Shown piece by piece: positions 11,212 through 17,267 of a DNA stretch of 32,000 nt. The notes below the pieces were generated by a model, which was given only the letters and a program-made list of their open reading frames with translations, was not told the origin of the DNA and searched no databases. Each line of letters opens with the position of its first letter. The first letter of the stretch is position 1. Made by a program: the position numbers and the translations under genes. The stretch is taken from contig NC_009483.1 in NCBI RefSeq assembly GCF_000016745.1, positions 2,430,001 to 2,462,000 of the forward strand. The letters run 5' to 3'. The stretch comes from Geotalea uraniireducens Rf4 (GTDB lineage Bacteria; Desulfobacterota; Desulfuromonadia; Geobacterales; Geobacteraceae).

Positions 11212-11596
11212 ATCGAAAATTATTAGCGGCTGACCTTGCAGGAGGCGGTAAGGTATTCTTTCCCAGCTTTGGTATTGTGGTATACGTTCTGAAGTAAGGC
11301 GTTTTAGTGAGGCAGATTTGCTGATGGCAGGATAGCGGATATGATAAATGGGATGGCTTTTTCTCATTGCAATTTTAAAAGTATACGCCGATAAAAATAT
11401 ATTTAATAGCCTGTTTTTTTAATTTTTAAGTGCTAAATTTAAATCAGCTGGAAGGAAGCAAATACTGCACAAGGAGGGTAATACTATAGACGATACTCCA
11501 CCAGGCAGGTTAAATAAGTGAAAGCTGTAACGACCCGGCGGCAACATTAACCGGAACAGACCTTGAAAAGGTATCCAGGAAGTTAAGAATAAAAGA

Positions 11597-11629
11597 AGCC
11601 CACCTAACATATGGTGGGCTTTTCATTTT
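11597..11629 (+). terminator. Orphan intrinsic-terminator-like hairpin in ORF-free DNA
   Basis: AGCCCACC-TAACATAT-GGTGGGCT followed by TTTCATTTT. No credible ORF lies upstream. Confidence 0.5.
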
Positions 11630-11733
11630 CAAGAGCAGTAGAACAGTTACCTTGCGGCATTATTCAATACATGATTACCTGCCAGATCATGCCTACCTTG
11701 CCACAAAATGATTTCTTGATAAAATAATAGTGT

Positions 11734-11970
11734 AGATAATTGCAGCGTTGTCCGGTTTGGTTTTTGCTTACGTCCCGTAGGGACAGAATACTGGTAGCCG
11801 GGGAATTCATTCCCCGGTCATCCAGGCGAAATATCATCACGTCACGTACGTGACGTGGGGAAATATAGCATCTCATCCGGGGGATGAATCCCCCGGCTAC
11901 ATTCGAACGCCCCTAATGGGGCTTAACAACCTTGATGCACAAACCAAACCGGACAACGCTGAGATAATTG
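11734..11970. mobile_element. MITE-like non-autonomous element: 219 bp, 21-bp perfect terminal inverted repeats, 9-bp target-site duplication
   Basis: TIR-L CAGCGTTGTCCGGTTTGGTTT (11743-11763) is the exact reverse complement of 11941-11961. AGATAATTG flanks both ends (11734-11742 and 11962-11970). The interior has no ORF but has nested hairpins and a 20-bp perfect palindrome, CACGTCACGTACGTGACGTG (11838-11857). Confidence 0.8.
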
Positions 11971-11987
11971 AAATAAAGGTGATTCCA

Positions 11988-12182
11988 ATGCTGATCCGTG
12001 TCCAGTATGATGACGAATCCTTTGGCATGGTCGATGATACGATTCTTGAGACCATGATATCGAGAGATATAATAGTGGGTTTTCAGCGTTCAAGCGGGTG
12101 GGTAAGAATTGGACGTGATGAGGTAAGGGCTCCAAGAGTAGAAAGAAGGCGCAGTGGTGCTCTGATAAATATTTATGTTTAG
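11988..12182 (+). CDS. Small hypothetical protein (64 aa)
   Basis: ATG preceded by AAGGTG. The sequence MLIRVQYDDESFGMVDDTILETMISRDIIVGFQRSSGWVRIGRD resembles a short conserved delta-proteobacterial family I recall only vaguely. The track ORF (11850) starts inside the MITE, so I prefer the internal start. Confidence 0.45.
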   Translation: MLIRVQYDDESFGMVDDTILETMISRDIIVGFQRSSGWVRIGRDEVRAPRVERRRSGALINIYV

Positions 12183-12344
12183 ATAAGCTGCCTGACCATC
12201 CCATACGCACCCATCATCTATAACCCCGAGTAATATAAGTTTTCCAATAATCAGCAACATAAATCCAAATATTTTACGGTAGTTGCCGCATTGTAATGCA
12301 TGGGGCATCTACAGCAACGGGTATTGATTATCATGGAAACCATA

Positions 12345-12388
12345 TCATCCACAATTATTGTGGATAACTCACCTGTAGCTGTGGATAA
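12345..12388. promoter_or_regulatory. Cluster of three DnaA-box sequences
   Basis: TCATCCACA (12345-12353, 8/9 match), TGTGGATAA (12359-12367, 9/9 reverse complement of TTATCCACA) and TGTGGATAA (12380-12388, 9/9). The first two form a 19-bp palindrome. Confidence 0.55.
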
Positions 12389-12761
12389 GGATAAAAAAAT
12401 AACGTATCGTCAAGCACTTTTGCGTTATGCATAACAGATAGGCAGGATATGTAACTACCTGTAATTACTTGTCAATATAAATGTGCATGTGTATACAGTA
12501 TATTTTGAACCATGTAATCCCTGGCGATACAAAAAACAAATGTAAAAAGTGCATAACTACAAGTAACTACTACAAAAAGTAATGAGTTCTAATTATCGGA
12601 AAGGGGTGTTCGTGAACCGATCATGGCGCCGTTGTGTCGTGGCGCTAACCGCCTTTCTCGTTGACTTTAGCCGGTAAAGGGTGTAATAAACTTGCGTAAT
12701 TTTGCGGTGTTATGGGCGAAAGGTGATGGAGTGCGAACGCCGGGGGATAATGAAGTAACGA

Positions 12762-12800
12762 AAGCCGCCATTGTCAGCATGGTGCTGAATGCGGCTTTTG
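12762..12800 (+). terminator. Terminator-like long imperfect hairpin in ORF-free DNA upstream of the HEPN/MNT operon
   Basis: AAGCCGCCATTGTCAGCA-TGG-TGCTGAATGCGGCTT followed by TTTG. The T-run is short. Confidence 0.4.
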
Positions 12801-12890
12801 AGTTTGTGCTGACTGTTTCCCAAACCGTAGATTGATTTATAATGATTTAACCGGAATATACCGGGTTAGGCTTAACCTGGTGGAGGTACT

Positions 12891-13334
12891 ATGATCCTTA
12901 ACACCGATCACCTTAGGCGTTGCATCCGGACAATGCAATCGTCGCTGACCCTGTATGAACAGGCTGAGTCGGAGAGCATCGACCAGGAAGTCTTTCGCAA
13001 CGCCATCGTGAAGGGATACGAGTTGACGCAGGAAACCGCCTTCAAACTGCTGAAAAAGGCCCTCAGGGACTTCGGGCACGGGGCAAAGAAGCTCGATGCT
13101 ACGCCGATTAAGGAGATCTTGCGTCTTGCCGCCACCCATGGCCTAATGACGCTGGAAGAGGTGGAGCGCTGGTTTGCCTACCGCGACAACCGCAACAGCA
13201 CGGCGCACGATTACGGCGAAGGCTTCGCCAAAGAGACTTTGGTCCTGCTTCCCGGGTTCATTGCTGACGTCACCCGGCTGGAAGCCATGCTCCGCGAACG
13301 GTTCGGCGAGAAAGACGACAATGCCCAGGCTTGA
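12891..13334 (+). CDS. HEPN-domain protein, HI0074-type nucleotidyltransferase substrate-binding family (putative HepT-like toxin)
   Basis: Rx4H motif in YRDNRNSTAHDY. All-helical sequence typical of the HI0074 family. Overlaps the downstream MNT gene by 14 nt. Confidence 0.8.
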   Translation: MILNTDHLRRCIRTMQSSLTLYEQAESESIDQEVFRNAIVKGYELTQETAFKLLKKALRDFGHGAKKLDATPIKEILRLAATHGLMTLEEVERWFAYRDNRNSTAHDYGEGFAKETLVLLPGFIADVTRLEAMLRERFGEKDDNAQA

Positions 13335-13656
13335 TGCAGCTGCCCTCCATCTTCTCCCTCGCTACCTGGAGTTGGTGCGTACCGTGCTAAGCCGCCACCT
13401 TCCCCAAGCGGAGGTGTGGGCCTATGGCAGCCGCGTGAACGGCGATTGCCATGAGGCCAGCGACCTCGATCTGGTTGTGCGCAATCCTGCCGCGTTCGAT
13501 GAAGTTCTGCCCGACCTCCCTGACCTCAAGGAAGCCCTCGTGGAGAGCAACCTCCCCATTCGAGTAGATGTGGTAGATTGGGCGCGAATACCTGAATCGT
13601 TCCGCCGGGAGATTGAACGGGCGTATGTGGTGGTGCGTAGGGGCGGGGAAGAGTAA
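13321..13656 (+). CDS. Minimal nucleotidyltransferase (MNT-domain, putative MntA-like antitoxin)
   Basis: YGSRVNGDCHEASDLDLVV (GS-x-n-DxD pol-beta NTase motif). I place the start at ATG 13321 (MPRLDAAALH...) rather than the track's 13174, which overlaps the HEPN gene. Confidence 0.8.
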   Translation: MPRLDAAALHLLPRYLELVRTVLSRHLPQAEVWAYGSRVNGDCHEASDLDLVVRNPAAFDEVLPDLPDLKEALVESNLPIRVDVVDWARIPESFRREIERAYVVVRRGGEE

Positions 13657-13719
13657 ATGGTGGAAAGTGCCGGTGAGAGCCTCATTGACGAAAATCTGAA
13701 AACGGAGCTTTTGCGGTAA

Positions 13720-13983
13720 ATGATGGAAGAGATCATCAGGATAGATACAGCCGACGAACAGGGGAAGCCACCGGAAGAGGAAGGGATAGAAATCCCCCTG
13801 GACAGGATAAACCCGGATACGCTGCGCAACATGCTGTCGGAGTTTGTCACCAGGGAATGGGCGGATGAAGAATGCACCCTGGAAGCGAGGATCGAACAGG
13901 TCCTGGGCCAGTTGCGCGAGCATAAAGCCAAAGTAATGTACGACTTCAGAACGGAAACCTGGAATATTGTCCAGTGCCGATGA
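13720..13983 (+). CDS. YheU/UPF0270-family small protein
   Basis: IPLDRINPDTLRNMLSEFVTREW...LEARIEQVLGQLREHKAKVMYDFRTETWNIV follows the YheU pattern (IPWQ.L...TL.NLI..FVLREGTDYG...L...V..V..QL..G.A.L). Recognised from memory. Confidence 0.65.
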   Translation: MMEEIIRIDTADEQGKPPEEEGIEIPLDRINPDTLRNMLSEFVTREWADEECTLEARIEQVLGQLREHKAKVMYDFRTETWNIVQCR

Positions 13984-14060
13984 CATACCTCGCCGATTTG
14001 ACCCTCCACTTCGTTGATCATCACTGTCCAGCCACTAATTACAAGTAGCGAAAGGTTGAC
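13879..14060 (+). repeat. Island repeat, copy A (yheU 3' end plus ~75 bp downstream core)
   Basis: Aligns by eye with 16627-16809 at roughly 90 percent identity. Its last ~70 bp (CTCGCCGATT...CCACTTCGTTGATCATCACTGTCCAGCCAC.AATTACAAGTAGCGAAAGGTTGAC) also align with 18548-18612. Confidence 0.85.
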
Positions 14061-14085
14061 ACCAGGCGTTTCCAGGGTGTAAATA
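14056..14085 (+). promoter_or_regulatory. Sigma70-type promoter of module copy 1
   Basis: TTGACA-N18-TAAATA, conserved exactly in copy 2. Confidence 0.55.
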
Positions 14086-14161
14086 GAAGGCTGTTTTTAT
14101 GCGATATGGGAGTTTTGGGGATGGGTGAAAAAAAAGCGGAAAAGCGGTCGTGCTGAGGGAT

Positions 14162-14204
14162 AAAAACCGCCTTGGTCAATGATTTCTGACCGGCGGCTTT
14201 TTTT
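14162..14204 (+). terminator. Intrinsic terminator closing a ~115-nt leader/sRNA (module copy 1)
   Basis: CCGCC-TT-GGTCA-ATGATTTC-TGACC-GGCGG followed by CTTTTTTT, about 45 nt upstream of the 60-aa ORF. Confidence 0.7.
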
Positions 14205-14248
14205 CGTATAACAGCGGACATATTGGATAAATTGAAGGAGAAATATAG

Positions 14249-14431
14249 ATGGCAATGACAGTTGAAATCAAAGGCAATAAGCTTTGCATCGAAATTGACC
14301 TGGAAAAGCCGACACCCTCTGCATCCGGGAAAACCCTCGTGGTTGCCAGCACCCGGGGGAATGCCGTTACCACGGCTGAGGTTGACGGTAAGCCGGTGAC
14401 GATAGGGTTGAATGCGTATATCAAGCCGTGA
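14249..14431 (+). CDS. Small conserved hypothetical protein (60 aa), copy 1
   Basis: GAAGGAGA RBS. The protein is identical to the 18979-19161 copy despite 7 nucleotide differences, all synonymous. Confidence 0.8.
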   Translation: MAMTVEIKGNKLCIEIDLEKPTPSASGKTLVVASTRGNAVTTAEVDGKPVTIGLNAYIKP

Positions 14432-14603
14432 GGGGAGCGGTATTGGGGACTGAGAGAATTGTAAAAGTGATTTTTTATGATTCTCATGCTTTTGTGACCC
14501 CCATGTTCTTGGGAGAATTACATTGTCTCTTGAATGTTGATCAAATAGAATGTCAATCGGCTTCATGACTTATTCTGTCACACAAGTGTGATAAGGAGAT
14601 AGA

Positions 14604-15776
14604 ATGGAGATTCCTGCACATTACAGAGGCCGCGAACAGGCACTCATAAAGCATCAACTTCTGGAGACCTATCTCTACAAGCTGTTCATGATTGTTGGAC
14701 AGCACCAGCCAACGATCTCCTATGTCGATTGCTTTGCTGGCCCATGGCAGGTGGCATCGGACGATATGAGCGACACGTCAATAGGTCGCTCACTTTCTAC
14801 CATGAAAAACTGTCTTGAGAGCCTTCGGGATATGGGCCACAATGTCCGTTTCCGTGCCCTGTTCATAGAGAAGGATGTGACTGCATACCACCGGCTCAGA
14901 GGATATCTTGACTCCCTCGACACTCCTGTCGAGACCGAATCATTCCATGGTGAGTTCTACAATGTTCGCCACAAAATCCTCGATTGGTGTGGCCCAGCAG
15001 GATTTACCTTTTTCTTTGTCGATCCACTCGGCTGGAAGGGCATCGTCGAGGTTCCCACGCTGGAACCGTTTCTTCAGCGGCCTAACTCCGAATTCCTCAT
15101 AAACTTCATGTTTGAATTTATTCTCCGAGCGCATGACATACGCAAGCATGAGAAGGACATGATCGCAATTTTCGGCCAGGTTCCCCAGACAGATGATATG
15201 ACACCCGACCAGAAGGAATCCTACTTGGTTAATCTCTACCGGGCGAATCTGAAAAGAGTCCAACCGTTGCGGGGTGGTAAACCACGCTCCGTTACAGTAC
15301 CGATCCAGCGTCCTGGCAAGAATCGAACTCTCTACCATCTCGTCTACCTGACCCGTCATCCTCTCGGTATTGTCAAGTTCATGGAAGCATCGGAGCCCCT
15401 GGACTTCGTTCAGAAAGCTGTCCGCATACAGGCGAAGCATGATAAAAAGATTGAGACGACAGGACAATGTGAACTTTTTGGTGCCCTCGAAAATGTCAAG
15501 ATAGAGCAAGGAAACGTCCCTATCTCCGTGGTCAAGGAATACTGGCTCAGACAGCTTACTTCTCAACCACAATTATTCGGCATAGACAAACTCGCCGACA
15601 TGCTCGAAGAAACAGGCTGGTTCGAAAGCAATTTTCAAGAAGCCTTCCATGAACTTCAGAGGGAAGGTAAAGCAAAGAACCTCGATGATGCAGAAAAATC
15701 CAAGCGTCGGAAGAAGTTCGTTCATTTCGACGCGAACCGCAATTGTGGCGAGCGACTGGCAAAGGTGATACGATGA
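14604..15776 (+). CDS. tcmP: Three-Cys-motif partner protein TcmP-like (390 aa), function unknown
   Basis: The N-terminal pattern REQALIKHQLLETYL...YVDCFAGPW...FFFVDPLGW matches my recollection of the TIGR04474 family, which always neighbours DUF5131. AAGGAGA RBS. A 14-bp palindrome, TCACACAAGTGTGA, lies just upstream. Confidence 0.7.
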   Translation: MEIPAHYRGREQALIKHQLLETYLYKLFMIVGQHQPTISYVDCFAGPWQVASDDMSDTSIGRSLSTMKNCLESLRDMGHNVRFRALFIEKDVTAYHRLRGYLDSLDTPVETESFHGEFYNVRHKILDWCGPAGFTFFFVDPLGWKGIVEVPTLEPFLQRPNSEFLINFMFEFILRAHDIRKHEKDMIAIFGQVPQTDDMTPDQKESYLVNLYRANLKRVQPLRGGKPRSVTVPIQRPGKNRTLYHLVYLTRHPLGIVKFMEASEPLDFVQKAVRIQAKHDKKIETTGQCELFGALENVKIEQGNVPISVVKEYWLRQLTSQPQLFGIDKLADMLEETGWFESNFQEAFHELQREGKAKNLDDAEKSKRRKKFVHFDANRNCGERLAKVIR

Positions 15777-16549
15777 GCACACAAACATCAATAGAATGGA
15801 CCGAGCAGACCTGGAACCCCGCTGTGGGATGCAGCAAGGTGTCTCCCGGCTGTGCCAACTGCTATGCTGAGGCGATGGCCAAGCGCCTGCAGGCTATGAG
15901 GGTGAAGGGCTACGAAAACGGCTTTGCCCTGACCCTGTTACCCAATCGGCTGGAAGAGCCGCTGAAGCGGACCAAATCAACCATCTACTTCGTCAACTCC
16001 ATGAGCGATCTTTTTCATGAAGAGATCCCAGACGACTACATACGACAAGTGTTTGACGTGATCCGCCGAGCGCCGCAGCATACCTTTCAGGTGCTGACCA
16101 AGCGAGCTGAGCGGATGGCTGAATTTTTCCGGAGTTATGAACCACCAAGAAATGCTTGGCTGGGGGTGACGGTGGAGGATCGGAAATTCGGAGTTCCCCG
16201 TCTGGACTGGCTTCGCCAAGTGCCGGCACACATTCGATTTGTCTCCGTGGAACCGCTGCTGGAGGATTTGGGGAAGCTTGATTTGACCGGGATTCACTGG
16301 GTCATCGTCGGCGGAGAATCGGGGCCGAAGGCACGCCCGATGCAGCAGGAGTGGGTGCTGAACATCAAACGCCAATGCGACGAGCAATGTTCCGCCTTCT
16401 TCTTCAAACAGTGGGGAGGATGGGGCGTTGATGGTAAGAAGCGGGCGAAGAAGGAAAATGGGCGGTTGTTGCAGGGTAGGACGTGGGACGCGGTGCCGTT
16501 AGCATCGACACCCCCCAATGTTCAACAGTTTGAAATTGCAGGCTCGTGA
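15773..16549 (+). CDS. DUF5131 (phage Gp37/Gp68 family) protein with N-terminal three-Cys motif
   Basis: IEWTEQTWNPAVGCSKVSPGCANCYA (C-x6-C-x2-C), FVSVEPLLEDL, WVIVGGESGP and FFFKQWGG. I start it at ATG 15773 (MSTQTS...), which overlaps the tcmP stop as ATGA. Confidence 0.85.
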   Translation: MSTQTSIEWTEQTWNPAVGCSKVSPGCANCYAEAMAKRLQAMRVKGYENGFALTLLPNRLEEPLKRTKSTIYFVNSMSDLFHEEIPDDYIRQVFDVIRRAPQHTFQVLTKRAERMAEFFRSYEPPRNAWLGVTVEDRKFGVPRLDWLRQVPAHIRFVSVEPLLEDLGKLDLTGIHWVIVGGESGPKARPMQQEWVLNIKRQCDEQCSAFFFKQWGGWGVDGKKRAKKENGRLLQGRTWDAVPLASTPPNVQQFEIAGS

Positions 16550-16626
16550 AGTGGGTGGTAGATGCCTATTTGAGATTTTGTAAAATGTGTAGCTCCGGTA
16601 CTTATGTTTTCCGCTTATGTTTTCCG

Positions 16627-16731
16627 CTGGAAACGAGGATCGAACAGGTTCTGCACCAGCTGCGCGAACGTAAAGCAAAAGTAATGTATGACTTCAGAAC
16701 GGAAACCTGGAATATTGTCCAATGCCGATGA
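16627..16731 (+). pseudogene. Orphan 3' fragment of a second yheU-like gene (last 34 codons)
   Basis: Encodes LETRIEQVLHQLRERKAKVMYDFRTETWNIVQCR, versus LEARIEQVLGQLREHKAKVMYDFRTETWNIVQCR in the intact gene. No matching N-terminal part is present; the track ORF 16546-16731 begins in unrelated sequence. Confidence 0.8.
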
Positions 16732-16809
16732 CCATACCTCACCGATTTGACCATCCACTTCGTTGATCATCACTATCCAGCCACCAATTACAAATAGCGA
16801 AAGGTTGAC
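16627..16809 (+). repeat. Island repeat, copy B (diverged yheU 3' fragment plus core)
   Basis: See copy A. It diverges from copies A and C right after AAAGGTTGAC, so it lacks the -10 element and the leader. Confidence 0.85.
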
Positions 16810-16851
16810 CGATCACGTCAACTCCATCTGGACCATTCGATGGTTGTTAAC

Positions 16852-16889
16852 AATTACAGCTTGATTTTACTGTAATTGAGCCATATAAT
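16852..16889 (+). promoter_or_regulatory. hipBA promoter with overlapping inverted-repeat operator
   Basis: TTGATT-N17-TATAAT (16861-16889). The 8-bp perfect inverted repeat AATTACAG-N10-CTGTAATT (16852-16877) spans the -35 region. Confidence 0.6.
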
Positions 16890-16917
16890 ACCCGTAAAAC
16901 ATTGCAAGGGGTATTTT

Positions 16918-17265
16918 ATGACCCGAAACAGTTTGAGTAAAGAAGGGTTGCCGACCCCAGCGCAGCAGGCGGTCGAGGTGTTGGGAAGAAACATCCGGAT
17001 CGCCCGCAAACGCCGGGGCTGGAGCCTGGACGAGATGGCCGGGAGCATGCTGGTAACTCGCAAGACCCTCTCCCGACTGGAGAACGGCGATCCGGCAGTG
17101 GGGTTGTCCGTGTTGGCCGCGGCCCTGCATGTGCTGAACATGACGGACGATCTGAAGAAGGTTGCAACCCCGGAGAGCGATTCGGTGGGGATGTTTTACG
17201 AAAAACAGCGCCTGCCCCGGCGGGTCGGGAAAAAGAAGACTTCTGCTGACGATCTTGATTTCTAA
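16918..17265 (+). CDS. hipB: XRE-family HTH antitoxin (HipB-like)
   Basis: GRNIRIARKRRGWSLDEMAGSMLVTRKTLSRLENGD is a Cro/C1 HTH. Immediately upstream of hipA. I use ATG 16918 (MTRNSL...). Confidence 0.8.
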   Translation: MTRNSLSKEGLPTPAQQAVEVLGRNIRIARKRRGWSLDEMAGSMLVTRKTLSRLENGDPAVGLSVLAAALHVLNMTDDLKKVATPESDSVGMFYEKQRLPRRVGKKKTSADDLDF

Positions 17266-17267
17266 GG

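Larger units (their letters stand above)
13989..14477 (+). repeat. Module copy 1: core + promoter + leader + terminator + 60-aa ORF + ~45 bp tail
   Basis: Near-identical (a few substitutions) to 18548-19206, apart from a 7-nt indel in the core and a 178-bp insertion in copy 2. Confidence 0.9.

Noticed and set aside
13657-13719. 20-codon ORF (MVESAGESLIDENLKTELLR) between the MNT gene and yheU
   Set aside because: It is too short to support, with no family recognised. It may be a remnant or part of the yheU upstream region.
13984-14060. The cassette-border core as an integron attC site
   Set aside because: The core is not an imperfect palindrome (only a short TGATCA centre). No intI gene or attI is present. 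The cassettes carry their own promoters.
14092-14204. Possible ZTP (pfl) or guanidine-type riboswitch in the repeated leader. It contains GGTCGTGC and CCGCCTTGG strings, and GGGATAAAA.
   Set aside because: The order and spacing of the strings do not fit the pfl or ykkC architectures as I remember them. The resemblance is limited to short words. I kept it only as an unclassified leader.
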